A program made the position numbers and the translations under genes. 61,858 bases of DNA from a virus (lineage: Duplodnaviria > Caudoviricetes), in IMG/VR virus record IMGVR_UViG_3300042901_000051, positions 1 to 61,858 of that record; one strand, 5' to 3'. Below, piece after piece: positions 20,084 to 29,580 of this stretch (position 1 is its first letter; each line of letters opens with the position of its first letter). The notes beneath the pieces were generated by a model. That model did not search any database. It saw only the letters and a list, made by a program, of their open reading frames with translations, and had not been told where the DNA came from.

Positions 20084-21223
20084 TTATAACTCCGCAGAAA
20101 GACCAACATAAGCGCTGGCATTATTTAGTTGGAGTTGCCCCATTACACCAGCAGTCCCAGAGACGTTTGTATTATTAAACGCCGCAATACATCTTGTGTT
20201 AGCGTTTGACCCAAGACCGTCAAATCCATTAAATCCATCAGAGGCACCAGCCCGTTCAATAGCAAAGTAATCTGTTCCAGTTCCTTGAAAAAGTGTTGGC
20301 GTTCCTCGCATTTCAACTGGCATAAAAAGTTGCATAATAATTTGAGAACTTGTGTAATAAAATCCGCCATTACCAAAACCTTGATTATTACCTTTTGCTA
20401 GCATTTGAAAATACCGTTTACACAATATCAACTCACGCCCATAGTCTCTGCGCTCAAACGGGGTAGCAACAGAGCCTACTTCGAGTTGTACGCCTGTGAT
20501 GTAGAAGGTTGCTCCTGACGTAGCCACGATAGACTGACACCCGCTAGCACCCCAATAAGTTGCACCTGCCCATGCTCCAGCGGTTCCAACTCTACTTGTT
20601 CCACTACCCAAGTCAAAGTTTAAATAAATACCTACACCTGTGGTCTGCGTCCAACTACCGCTCGTATCTCCCGGAATTGTTACTGTTTCGTATTCCCAAG
20701 TGTTTGCAGCGGAAATTGTAAAAGTAAATGGGTATGAACGATTAGCCGCATTGTTAAATACTGAGCCACCAAAGGTTCCAGTTTTACTTGAGTAAATCCA
20801 AAAACTAAGAGTTACCGATTTTGCTGAAGCCGTACCCCATCTTAAATCTTGAACATTATTACCTTCAATATGTTGTGCTAAAGTAAAAATATCAGTTGAA
20901 GATGCAGAGAAAGAGGATGTAGATGTAACACCTAAGTAATTATTAAATCCTGTTGTTGCAAGCGAAGCAACAGAACCAGCGTTTTGTTGAACCGAAACTT
21001 TACTTGCTTGTGTTAAACGAATACACCACCTATCAAGCGTGTATGTAGCATCAGTAGTAGGAGTAACGCTAGCACCAGCATTACGCTGGTCAATCATCAT
21101 ATTCCCGTTAATTAGGCGGTTACGAAAGCCTTGCAGACTATCCGCAGTAGGGGTCATGCTGTTTATCGTAGCGGTATTGCCACCACTAGCGTCTGTGACT
21201 GCGTTGACCTTTATCTGGCTCAT
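20084..21223 (-). CDS. Tail fibre protein with carbohydrate-binding-like domain
   Basis: FRNRLINGNMMIDQR and ITGVQLEVGSVATPFERR...EL..CKRY motifs of phage fibre domains. Confidence 0.7.
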   Translation of the reverse strand: MSQIKVNAVTDASGGNTATINSMTPTADSLQGFRNRLINGNMMIDQRNAGASVTPTTDATYTLDRWCIRLTQASKVSVQQNAGSVASLATTGFNNYLGVTSTSSFSASSTDIFTLAQHIEGNNVQDLRWGTASAKSVTLSFWIYSSKTGTFGGSVFNNAANRSYPFTFTISAANTWEYETVTIPGDTSGSWTQTTGVGIYLNFDLGSGTSRVGTAGAWAGATYWGASGCQSIVATSGATFYITGVQLEVGSVATPFERRDYGRELILCKRYFQMLAKGNNQGFGNGGFYYTSSQIIMQLFMPVEMRGTPTLFQGTGTDYFAIERAGASDGFNGFDGLGSNANTRCIAAFNNTNVSGTAGVMGQLQLNNASAYVGLSAEL

Positions 21224-21477
21224 TTTGGAAACCTCGTTTTAACTTCATCAATCGCAGTCTTCCATGCCTCTAGGCCACCGTGGTAAAGAAGGTCAAACTG
21301 CTCGGCAAAAGATGGGTACTCCGCACGGCGTAATTCTTTGTAGGCTTCTGGGTCTACCCAAGCATTAACTAATGCCATATCAATCTGCACCTGATTACCT
21401 TGGGCATCAAACGCACCGGCGTCGTCATCGACTGACACTACATTAGGATAAAGAGCATAGATTGCTTTATGGTTCAT
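21220..21477 (-). CDS. Small fibre-partner protein
   Basis: RRAEYPSFAEQFDLLYH...WKTAIDEVKTRFPK; coupled to upstream gene. Confidence 0.6.
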   Translation of the reverse strand: MNHKAIYALYPNVVSVDDDAGAFDAQGNQVQIDMALVNAWVDPEAYKELRRAEYPSFAEQFDLLYHGGLEAWKTAIDEVKTRFPK

Positions 21478-22037
21478 GCCGCAATCTCCATAACTGTAAT
21501 ATGTGAAGAAACAAGGAAAGCGCTATCCGAAGCCCTAGTATTGACCGCCGCCGTTCCTGCCCCTGCCTTAAGTTGAATCTTGTAGGTTGTACTTGAAGTA
21601 GTTGCCGGAGAGTCTAAATACGAAATTGTCGAGCACCAAATTAAATTTACCGTATCCGCCCTTGACCCACCAAATCCATCTGTACCGTTACCTATTGCGG
21701 TTGAATCCCTAACCAACTGAACCCATACGTTATTAGTGGTAACAGAGATTGAATGTTGCACTGCGGCAGTAACTAAAATTTTGCTTGTTGCGGAAGACGG
21801 TGTAATTGCAACTGACAGCCCAGTAACATCAGTAAATGAGGTACTTGTAGTTGTAAAAGCGTTTGTTTTGGTCGTACTTAATACCTGCAACACTTTGCCC
21901 AAATTAGACGAAGCCGTAGTCAAAATCGTGCCGGTATTCGTTGGCAAAGTCAGCGTGTAGTCCGTGTTTGTATTGGGCGCCGCTATGGTCAGCGTTCCCG
22001 TCCCGCTTGCGTTGCCTGATATTTTTACGAGACTCAT
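21474..22037 (-). CDS. Short fibre/adhesin protein
   Basis: GKVLQV, ITPSSATSKILV, YLDSPATTSSTTYKIQ, ITVMEIAA. Confidence 0.65.
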   Translation of the reverse strand: MSLVKISGNASGTGTLTIAAPNTNTDYTLTLPTNTGTILTTASSNLGKVLQVLSTTKTNAFTTTSTSFTDVTGLSVAITPSSATSKILVTAAVQHSISVTTNNVWVQLVRDSTAIGNGTDGFGGSRADTVNLIWCSTISYLDSPATTSSTTYKIQLKAGAGTAAVNTRASDSAFLVSSHITVMEIAA

Positions 22038-23029
22038 GCTGTATATGTCCCTGAAGAAGTAAATGTGTGGTAGGTATATCCACCAGTAGTTACAACAGTG
22101 CCGCCTGTACCTTTTTGTGCGCCTGCATAGCGAATAATCACAATTCCAGAACCACCGGCTTTACCAGCATTTCTTCCAGTAAGTCCACTAGCAGGGGCCT
22201 CTATTCCGGTGCCACCCCCACCGCCACCGCCTGTATTTGCAGTACCAGCCACATTGTCGATTCCGGGACTATTTGAAGCGCCTGCACCGCCACCGCCTAA
22301 GCCTCCAGCACGTTGAACAGAGTTACTACCACCACCTCCTCCGCCAGCGTAATAACCAGATGCTCCTGTTGATGTTGCTGTGGCCCAAGTCGAATAAGTA
22401 TTTAAACCAACACCTCCGGCAGTACCATAAGGGCTGGTATTGGGAGCGTTTGCTCCAGCGGCTCCAGCACCACCACCACCGGCGCCGTAACCTCCATCTC
22501 CGCCTTTATTACCTTGTCCGGAAGTTCCAGAACCGCCCGCAACTCCTTCATATCCTGAGCCACCACCAGAACCACCGGATGCTCCGGGAGCCGCACCACG
22601 ACCACCACCGCCACCACCACCAATAGCAGTAAGAGTTGTAAATAATGACCCTGATATTGATGAATTCACCCCATTTGTTCCTGTACCACTAGTAGACGTA
22701 GCACCAGCACCTCCAGCGCCAACAGTTATTGTGTATGCGCCTCCAATATTTACAAGTGATGACGCCGTATATAACAATCCGCCAGCGCCCCCACCTCCGG
22801 CATACCAACCTCCTCCACCACCGGCGCCACCAGCAATAATAATAGACTCAACCGCATACGCAGGAGTATTTGAAAAATTTACCCAAGCAGAGTTGGTTGC
22901 GTCGTACCACTCAGGGTTTCCGGTAGTAGTATTAAACCCCATCTGACCCGCTGTTGGACTAGATGGGCGAGTTCCTGTTGTCCAAGTGGCGTTTGCAATC
23001 CCCGATGTACCATTTAATACAATACTCAT
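22034..23029 (-). CDS. Glycine-rich fibre/adhesin protein
   Basis: IIAGGAGGGG, ANTGGGGGG and GGSGIVIIRY...YTYHTFTSSGT polyglycine domain. Confidence 0.7.
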   Translation of the reverse strand: MSIVLNGTSGIANATWTTGTRPSSPTAGQMGFNTTTGNPEWYDATNSAWVNFSNTPAYAVESIIIAGGAGGGGGWYAGGGGAGGLLYTASSLVNIGGAYTITVGAGGAGATSTSGTGTNGVNSSISGSLFTTLTAIGGGGGGGRGAAPGASGGSGGGSGYEGVAGGSGTSGQGNKGGDGGYGAGGGGAGAAGANAPNTSPYGTAGGVGLNTYSTWATATSTGASGYYAGGGGGGSNSVQRAGGLGGGGAGASNSPGIDNVAGTANTGGGGGGGTGIEAPASGLTGRNAGKAGGSGIVIIRYAGAQKGTGGTVVTTGGYTYHTFTSSGTYTA

Positions 23030-23030
23030 A

Positions 23031-23465
23031 TCACACCACCGTCCAGACTGATCCCGAAGGAACCGTTACGTTAACCCCAGTTGCAACCTCAATAGGGCCA
23101 CCACTGATGGCGTTGTTGTTCGTGCCAATCGTGTAGTCGGCTGAGATTAACTTGGCGTTCTCAAAAAGACCAAATGTTGTGATATTGCCTCCACCGCCAC
23201 CAATTGCACCCCATGCCGATCCGTCGTAGCCCTCAAACTCGTCAGAGTCATCGTTAAACCGGAACATACCAGCAGCAGGCGCTGAAGGCCGCTCGGCTAG
23301 GGTACCCACAGGAACCGTTACGGCCCCAGTTGAATTTAATGTAGCGTTTTGATTAGCATCTATCGTAATAGCATTAGTGCTATTCGTCTGAATGTTCAGG
23401 ATATTAGCATCGCCACCAGTCTGCTTTAGACCGTCGGTATCTGCGTTAATTATTGAGTTAGCCAT
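23031..23465 (-). CDS. Fibre adaptor-like protein
   Basis: PVGTLAERP...GMFRFN...FEGYDGSAW motif; C-terminal TVPSGSVWTVV. Confidence 0.6.
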   Translation of the reverse strand: MANSIINADTDGLKQTGGDANILNIQTNSTNAITIDANQNATLNSTGAVTVPVGTLAERPSAPAAGMFRFNDDSDEFEGYDGSAWGAIGGGGGNITTFGLFENAKLISADYTIGTNNNAISGGPIEVATGVNVTVPSGSVWTVV

Positions 23466-23826
23466 TTATCTCTACCCATGAAGTTGTTGCTTCGTCCCAC
23501 GCATAGTATTTGCCATCTGTTGGGTACGGTACAGGAGGCTCCCATCTGCACGTAGTTTCATTCAATACCCACGACGGGTATGGCTGTGGTTCTATAAAAG
23601 CATCCCGTCCTGCGTCGTATATAAGTCCAATACCTGCATAGTTCTTACGAAAATTTCCGTTATAGGAAGTTTGTTTCCAATATGGATAACCACCTGACCA
23701 TTGCACTAAAAACGCAATCCCCAGATTCTCATGCTCAACACCGTTAGCATCTAACAAATGCTCGTTATCAACTACGTTGACTTCAAGAACTATATTGTTT
23801 GCGTCAAGTTTTGCGAAATGAGCCAT
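23458..23826 (-). CDS. Small partner of glycine-rich fibre (MAHFA family)
   Basis: MAHFAKLD, QTSYN, FRKNYAGIG, DAFI.P.PYPSW; paralog of 25669-26034. Confidence 0.7.
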   Translation of the reverse strand: MAHFAKLDANNIVLEVNVVDNEHLLDANGVEHENLGIAFLVQWSGGYPYWKQTSYNGNFRKNYAGIGLIYDAGRDAFIEPQPYPSWVLNETTCRWEPPVPYPTDGKYYAWDEATTSWVEING

Positions 23827-23835
23827 AATTATGCC

Positions 23836-25035
23836 TTATGCCGTATATGTTCCGTTACCAGTAAATTTATGATAGGTGTAACCACCACTAGAATAAACAG
23901 TTCCACCGCTGCCTTTTTGAGATCCAAGATATCTAAGAATACAAATTCCTGAACCCCCTCCTGAACCATCAGTTTGATATTGGCCTGCTCCACCTCCACC
24001 ACCAGTATTTACAGCACCAGCCGTAGGGCTTCTACCTCCCCATAATCCACCCTGTCCCCCACCACCAGTGCCACCATTACCGGGAGAACCGTTAAAAGCG
24101 GAGCCACCACCACCACCTGCATAAGCCCCACTTGAACCTGAAGATGTAGCACTGGCCCAAGTTGAATATGAAGAACTTCCGGCGCCGCCAGAACCAGCAT
24201 TTGTTCCACTTACTGCATTACCAACTGCTCCAGCGCCACCTCCACCACCTCCGCAGTTAGAAGAACCACCTCCAGTTCCTCCATTATTACCTTGTCCAGC
24301 AGTTCCCGAACCTGCTCCGTACCCAGAACCGCCACCGCCGCCTGAACCACCACTTGCCCCACCACCGTAGTTAAAACCACCTCTACCACCACCTATTGCG
24401 GTTTGCGAAAATGCTGTGGAGTTAGTTCCATTTGTTGCAGTATTAGAATCAAAATCTTGCGTTCCACCAGACCCACCACCACCAATTGTTATTGAATACC
24501 CTGTTCCGGGGGTGCCAGTTATAGAGCCAGCAACTAAACCTCCGGCACCTCCTCCACCAGCCCAATGTTTTCCCCCACCGCCACCACCCGCTACTAATAT
24601 ATATTCAATAGAATAAGTTGATACAGCGGTAATTGAATTACTTGCCGCACTCGGTGCGCTGGTGCCTACCCCATTTGTAGCAGTTACCGTAAAAGTATAG
24701 GCAGTGCCTCCAGTTAGTCCTGTAACCGTAATTGGAGATGAAGCACTCGTTCCCGTAATCCCTCCGGGGTTTGAAGTAGCCGTATACCCTGTAATGGCTG
24801 ACCCCCCATTATCAGCAGGAGCCGTAAAAGTTATAGTTGCATTTTGAGACAAACCAGCCGTTGCCGTCCCAATAGTAGGCGCACCCGACACAGTCTTAGG
24901 TATTGGAAAATTACCGCCAGATACTTGTTGAAGTGCTTGTGTATTCGTAAAAACGCCAGTAGCCGCTCCTGACTTACCACCTGTAGTAGTAGGTCTAGTC
25001 TGGTTTACTAAGCCGCCGAACCAACGATTAGACAT
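23836..25035 (-). CDS. Glycine-rich fibre protein with fibronectin type III domain
   Basis: PADNGGSAITGY...VTGLTGGTAYTFTVTATNGVG (FN3) followed by polyglycine domain. Confidence 0.75.
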   Translation of the reverse strand: MSNRWFGGLVNQTRPTTTGGKSGAATGVFTNTQALQQVSGGNFPIPKTVSGAPTIGTATAGLSQNATITFTAPADNGGSAITGYTATSNPGGITGTSASSPITVTGLTGGTAYTFTVTATNGVGTSAPSAASNSITAVSTYSIEYILVAGGGGGGKHWAGGGGAGGLVAGSITGTPGTGYSITIGGGGSGGTQDFDSNTATNGTNSTAFSQTAIGGGRGGFNYGGGASGGSGGGGGSGYGAGSGTAGQGNNGGTGGGSSNCGGGGGGAGAVGNAVSGTNAGSGGAGSSSYSTWASATSSGSSGAYAGGGGGSAFNGSPGNGGTGGGGQGGLWGGRSPTAGAVNTGGGGGAGQYQTDGSGGGSGICILRYLGSQKGSGGTVYSSGGYTYHKFTGNGTYTA

Positions 25036-25418
25036 TAGTTAATTTCTTCCCAAGAGCAAGTTACTACCAAATCATTAGCCGCACTGGCTGTAGCACCAAT
25101 CGACTTATCTTCTAATAAATAGATACCAGTGCTTTTATCCATAACCACAAGCGTAGAGTCAGCAGGTACAGAAGCCGTCGAGATAAGCGCCGTCCCAGTT
25201 CCAGCAAGAGCGGCCTGAGAAAACAACTTAATCGTGATGTCAGCAGCAGAAGTTCCGTCTACGTTAGCAACCACTATTGAATTGATCTTATAGACCTTAC
25301 CGCTAGAAGCAGCGTTGCTAATTAGAGGCGTAGCAAATGGATCGGCAGTGCCAGTAATTAATATAGACGAAGTGTTACCGTAAATTGCCGTTACGCTAAC
25401 AATATTGGGGTTTGCCAT
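25035..25418 (-). CDS. Structural protein (fibre module)
   Basis: MANPNIV, KINSIVVANVDG, IYLLED; beta-rich; coupled to neighbours. Confidence 0.6.
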   Translation of the reverse strand: MANPNIVSVTAIYGNTSSILITGTADPFATPLISNAASSGKVYKINSIVVANVDGTSAADITIKLFSQAALAGTGTALISTASVPADSTLVVMDKSTGIYLLEDKSIGATASAANDLVVTCSWEEIN

Positions 25419-25420
25419 CT

Positions 25421-25672
25421 CTATCCTCCAAAGACAATTGCCATCGCAATTGATTTACCTGTTGATACGCCACCAAGATTTGATAGACCCGTAGCCGCCG
25501 TGTTTGCTCCAGTACCACCGGATGCCACTGGGAGTGCATTAGCCAATACCCAGTAACCAGCAGAGTTGACTGTAATAGCCGTCGTGCCACCTACCTGAAG
25601 TTCAAGTTCGGCTGTATTCCCACCTGTGGCGTTTATACCGTTTACGGTAGCGTTAATAACTGAGGCTGTCAT
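25421..25672 (-). CDS. Small fibre connector protein
   Basis: ALPVASGGTG motif; C-terminal GKSIAMAIVFGG. Confidence 0.55.
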   Translation of the reverse strand: MTASVINATVNGINATGGNTAELELQVGGTTAITVNSAGYWVLANALPVASGGTGANTAATGLSNLGGVSTGKSIAMAIVFGG

Positions 25673-26034
25673 TCTGTTATCTCAATCCATGAAGTTGTTG
25701 CTTCGTCCCATGAGTAGCGTTTACCATCATTAGGAGCGGGAATGGGAGCACCCCACAAACAAGTGTCTTCATTAAGAACCCATGATTCATACGGTTTGGG
25801 AGGTATGAATGCATCTCTTTGTTCATCATAGGTATAGCCGATACCCGCATAGTTCTTACGAAATGGCGTCCCACCGCCAGAATGAACACCGCCACTGGTA
25901 TTGTAGGAAGTTCGTTTGCAAGCCTGACCACGGAAAGACCCATATTGGGCTTCCCAATCAAAGTTACCTTCGTCCTTACCTACGATGACTTCCGTAACAA
26001 TATTATTTTCATCAAGAAAAGCGTAATGTGCCAT
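25669..26034 (-). CDS. Small partner of glycine-rich fibre (MAHYA family)
   Basis: Likely start MAHYAFLD at 26034; paralog of 23458-23826. Confidence 0.7.
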   Translation of the reverse strand: MAHYAFLDENNIVTEVIVGKDEGNFDWEAQYGSFRGQACKRTSYNTSGGVHSGGGTPFRKNYAGIGYTYDEQRDAFIPPKPYESWVLNEDTCLWGAPIPAPNDGKRYSWDEATTSWIEITE

Positions 26035-26036
26035 TG

Positions 26037-27251
26037 TTAACTCCAAGAAACGTTGCCTGTACCGGCTGTAAATGTAGTAACTTTAAATCCACCAGATGGG
26101 CCAGCAGTTGAAAAGGTAAGTCCACCACCCGGGTTGGAAATAGTTAACGTGTCTGGATATTTAATAATAACTACGCCAGAACCTCCGCTACCACCGCTTC
26201 GTGTGGTTGCGCTACCCGCAGTACCGCCAGATGATCCGCCACCACCACCGGTATTTGTGGTACCAGAAGTTCCGTTAACTAAGTTTCCTCCACCAGCGCC
26301 ACCACCTCCTGCACCACCGGTTCCACCAGTTGGATTATTGTATGCACCGCCCCCGCCGCCCCCTGCTCTGGTTACGGAAGATCCCGTAATTGAGGATGCT
26401 GTTCCAGCACCACCATTTGATCCCGCATCGGTGGTTGTATTTGAACCAGCGGCACTTGCACCACCCCCACCGGCAGAGCCGTTTGTTGCAGTTGATCCAC
26501 CATTATTACCTTGTGATGGTGATGTGCTTGGAGTATTACCAGCGCCACCAGTAGAGCCACCGCCACCAGAACCACCGGTAGCGCCGTTGAACCCCCACCT
26601 ACCGCCCGCACCGCCGCCTGTTGCTGTAATTGTGCTAAAGACTGAATTTGAACCATTTGAAGCGGCTGAACTGTTCGATGACCCGCCACCACCACCGGCG
26701 CCAACTGTTACTGTGTAATTTGTTCCCAAAACAACCGAAACCGTTCCTGAACCTTCCCGATAACCACCTGCGCCTCCACCACTACCGGGAGGATACCCAC
26801 TTGCACTGGTCTCTCCAGCGCCTCCCCCTCCACCACCTCCGGCAACTACAACAAAATCTACAGGAGTAGGGTATTTAATAAGGTCTAAATATTTCCACTC
26901 AGTGCCTATGTAGACTTCGTATTGGGATTCAGTCGTGTTATAGCGAATCATTCCAACAACGGGCGACCCCGGGCGTTGAGCCGTGGTTCCAGATGGTAAA
27001 TCAAAATATCCGGTGCTGGTATTGTTTTGATCAGATACAGCAGTGGGAGTTACAGATACAACGGCAGGGGCCTGAGAAAGCCAAGCCGTACCATTTGAAG
27101 TAATAAGATTGCCAGAAGTTCCCGGAGTAACCGCAACTATTGTCGCCGTGCTATTAGGAAACGTAATAGTCTGATCTGTATTAACTACATCTGAGGTAAG
27201 TGTAAGCGTCCCTGTACCAGTTGAAGGGCCAACAATCTGAATCTTACTCAT
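26037..27251 (-). CDS. Glycine-rich fibre/adhesin protein
   Basis: Likely start MSKIQ at 27251; LPSGTTAQRP..GMIRYNTT, polyglycine domain, GGSGVVIIKYP. Confidence 0.7.
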   Translation of the reverse strand: MSKIQIVGPSTGTGTLTLTSDVVNTDQTITFPNSTATIVAVTPGTSGNLITSNGTAWLSQAPAVVSVTPTAVSDQNNTSTGYFDLPSGTTAQRPGSPVVGMIRYNTTESQYEVYIGTEWKYLDLIKYPTPVDFVVVAGGGGGGGAGETSASGYPPGSGGGAGGYREGSGTVSVVLGTNYTVTVGAGGGGGSSNSSAASNGSNSVFSTITATGGGAGGRWGFNGATGGSGGGGSTGGAGNTPSTSPSQGNNGGSTATNGSAGGGGASAAGSNTTTDAGSNGGAGTASSITGSSVTRAGGGGGGAYNNPTGGTGGAGGGGAGGGNLVNGTSGTTNTGGGGGSSGGTAGSATTRSGGSGGSGVVIIKYPDTLTISNPGGGLTFSTAGPSGGFKVTTFTAGTGNVSWS

Positions 27252-27733
27252 ACGATTAACCACCTTTGACCAGTATCAATGGTCACATTTACGCCTGTGC
27301 CTACAGTCATAGTCCCTACCGATATACCGTTTTCACCGTCATTTAATGTGGTGTCTTTGGTTACAGTCGTCTTGTTGATGTAGATAGACCCAGTATCGGC
27401 AGTTACTCCGCTACCCAAAGCAAACACTGACCGCTCCGAAGGGTAGGTTACAAATACGTCCTTGGTTCCGGCTGAGAAGTTAATCTTTGCCGTAGTACCC
27501 AAAGAATTAGACAGCACCACATCCCGCTGAAGATCCGGGCCTGTCGTCTCATACGTGCCAATACCTACTTCCCACTCATTACCACCTTGGAGAGCGATTG
27601 TGTAATAGGTTGAGTTGCCGTCGCCAATGACAGCAAAAGATTGATAGCCAGTCTCAGCACCGGCTAGAGTCATATCCCCTACACCGGTGCTTGTGCTTGT
27701 CTCTTTAACTCGATCAGCAAGTACGAATGACAT
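27248..27733 (-). CDS. Fibre base/adaptor protein
   Basis: LADRVKET, WEVGIGTY, FSAGTKDVFVTYP; C-terminal TIDTGQRWLIV. Confidence 0.6.
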   Translation of the reverse strand: MSFVLADRVKETSTSTGVGDMTLAGAETGYQSFAVIGDGNSTYYTIALQGGNEWEVGIGTYETTGPDLQRDVVLSNSLGTTAKINFSAGTKDVFVTYPSERSVFALGSGVTADTGSIYINKTTVTKDTTLNDGENGISVGTMTVGTGVNVTIDTGQRWLIV

Positions 27734-27735
27734 AG

Positions 27736-28218
27736 TTATGCGATACGGATAATGGCGTTAGAAGCATCGTTAGTCGGGAAGATGATTGTGAAATCGCCAT
27801 CCGTAGATGTCTTATCAGAACCAAAGTCCAGAACGCAGACCGATGCGTTGGTCAGAGTCGTATTAGCGTTGCTGTTTGCCGAAGGTGTGGTGTTATAAAT
27901 AACCGCGCCACGAGCCGTAACCGTTACGTTAGGGAAGGTTAGGTCGGAAAAGTCACAAAAGCCTGTACCGGTATTGGCGTTGATGTTGGTTGCCGTTACG
28001 CCGGTATTGGTAAGTGCAAGACCGCCAGCCGTGTAGTTAGTTCCAGTAACTTCGTTAGAAGTTGTATAGGCTGTGGTATTAGCATCCAAAGAAGCGGACG
28101 ACGTATACAACGCTAGTTTAAAAACGTCTGCGCCGGTTTGTGCCGACGGACGGAAATCATGCACACCAAGCAGAAGTTCTGCTTTAAATGATGTGGTCAT
28201 TGCTTGGGTAATTGCCAT
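27736..28218 (-). CDS. Virion structural protein
   Basis: TSFKAELL, FKLALYTS, ARGAVIYN, VLDFGSDKT; Thr/Ala-rich. Confidence 0.6.
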   Translation of the reverse strand: MAITQAMTTSFKAELLLGVHDFRPSAQTGADVFKLALYTSSASLDANTTAYTTSNEVTGTNYTAGGLALTNTGVTATNINANTGTGFCDFSDLTFPNVTVTARGAVIYNTTPSANSNANTTLTNASVCVLDFGSDKTSTDGDFTIIFPTNDASNAIIRIA

Positions 28219-28229
28219 GAAAGGCTCCT

Positions 28230-28526
28230 TTACTCGTCTAAAAGTTTAATTAACTCAGGATGTCCTGCGGCCCTGAACTTATTTGCCAGAGTCACATGAT
28301 GAGTTCTGACGGTTTCTTGCATATAAAACACTAAAACTTGCCGGATCTGATTACGGAATGCTTCGGCTTGATCCCGAATGGCAGGATGCGTCTGAGAGCC
28401 AACAGAGATAATTTTGTCCAAAGCCCGCTCCGCCATCTCTTCAGGCGTAAACCCACGCCCCTGCGTAGTTAGAACTCTGACCTGATTGCCCCCTAATAGG
28501 AAGGCTACTTCGCTCATGCTGCTCAT
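28230..28526 (-). CDS. Hypothetical protein (tail module)
   Basis: 98 aa ORF coupled to upstream gene. Confidence 0.6.
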   Translation of the reverse strand: MSSMSEVAFLLGGNQVRVLTTQGRGFTPEEMAERALDKIISVGSQTHPAIRDQAEAFRNQIRQVLVFYMQETVRTHHVTLANKFRAAGHPELIKLLDE

Positions 28527-29203
28527 TTAACTGGGTACCTCGCTTGTTGAGTACGATACATATCCTGACGATTCTTGCCTTCACCAAGTTGTTTCAACAT
28601 GGCAAGAGCCTCATCATATCGTCTTTGATATTCCATAATTACGTCTTTTTCACCCTTCATGTACGTATACGCTTCCAACAAAGAGCCATACAACAGTACA
28701 GAATCAAACTTATCCCCCAACCAAGATGTACCAGCAGTAACAATAGACTGCGGATAATAAAAATAGTGGAGTTCCATGTTGTACGCAAGGTCCGGAGTCG
28801 GTCCAAGAATGTACGAGTTTTGGTCAAAAATAGCATAATATTTTGGTGGTCCAACATCGTTTGGATCCGGATAACATGAACGAATAAACTCTACGTCCTT
28901 ATTTAATAAAAATTCTTGGGTTCCGTTTGTATCAATCCTAGCCAAAGAAAAATTAGCTAACCAGTCTGATGGAACACTTAGGTATTTATTGCCTATTGTT
29001 ACGTTACCTGTCACGTTCTTACGAAGATCAGGGATTTGGACAGAGTTAAATACGCGCTGTTCAGCCTCTTGAATAAACGTGTTTATCTGTTCGGTACTTG
29101 TAAAAGTAGCCGTTCCTGTCCCTGCGGAATCAGTCCAAGTGGTATTTGGAAAGTCGTTCTCGACGTACCCTTTAATCGTCTCAAACAGAGTAGCGTAGTT
29201 CAC
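28523..29203 (-). CDS. Head-tail adaptor (tubular protein A-like)
   Basis: FIQEAEQR, GPPKYYA, LGPTPD, LLYGSLLEAY motifs. Confidence 0.65.
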   Translation of the reverse strand: MNYATLFETIKGYVENDFPNTTWTDSAGTGTATFTSTEQINTFIQEAEQRVFNSVQIPDLRKNVTGNVTIGNKYLSVPSDWLANFSLARIDTNGTQEFLLNKDVEFIRSCYPDPNDVGPPKYYAIFDQNSYILGPTPDLAYNMELHYFYYPQSIVTAGTSWLGDKFDSVLLYGSLLEAYTYMKGEKDVIMEYQRRYDEALAMLKQLGEGKNRQDMYRTQQARYPVK

Positions 29204-29206
29204 AAA

Positions 29207-29410
29207 TTACCCCATTTTAGTGGTATGCCCACGACCTTTAGTTTGTGCCTTACCGCCACGAGTCATTTGAGTTTGGGTATTTGGCACCGCATTTGGGTAC
29301 CCAACATTTTCTTTCCCACCCATGTCTGTGGTATAGGTTTTAGGCTGCGTATATTTTCCGCACGGATCTTTAACATCCGCTGAAAAATATTCAAATTTAT
29401 CGCTACTCAT
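29207..29410 (-). CDS. Small basic protein
   Basis: 67 aa; TRGGKAQTKGRG. Confidence 0.55.
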   Translation of the reverse strand: MSSDKFEYFSADVKDPCGKYTQPKTYTTDMGGKENVGYPNAVPNTQTQMTRGGKAQTKGRGHTTKMG

Positions 29411-29571
29411 TATCGGCCCCTTCCGCTCGAACGTTGGTTCATAACTTTAGCCATGTTACGCCCATATTTTTTCATGTCTGCGTTAGTTTTACCACCTTTA
29501 GCCAAGTTAGTTAGTGGCTTTCCGGGGTGCATTGTTCTTTCATGTTTATGTACTGCTTTCTTTGCATTCAT
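29410..29571 (-). CDS. Small basic protein (53 aa, not in ORF track)
   Basis: MNAKKAVHKHERTMHPGKPLTNLAKGGKT...; GGAG RBS; stop overlaps next start. Confidence 0.65.
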   Translation of the reverse strand: MNAKKAVHKHERTMHPGKPLTNLAKGGKTNADMKKYGRNMAKVMNQRSSGRGR

Positions 29572-29580
29572 TTATATCTC

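Noticed and set aside
26053-26718. Pro-rich 221 aa plus-strand ORF and similar antisense ORFs
   Set aside because: Mirror of GGN glycine codons on the coding strand
16890-27251. Diversity-generating retroelement or shufflon acting on fibre genes
   Set aside because: No reverse transcriptase, invertase or TR/VR pair with adenine-specific differences seen; all genes are co-oriented
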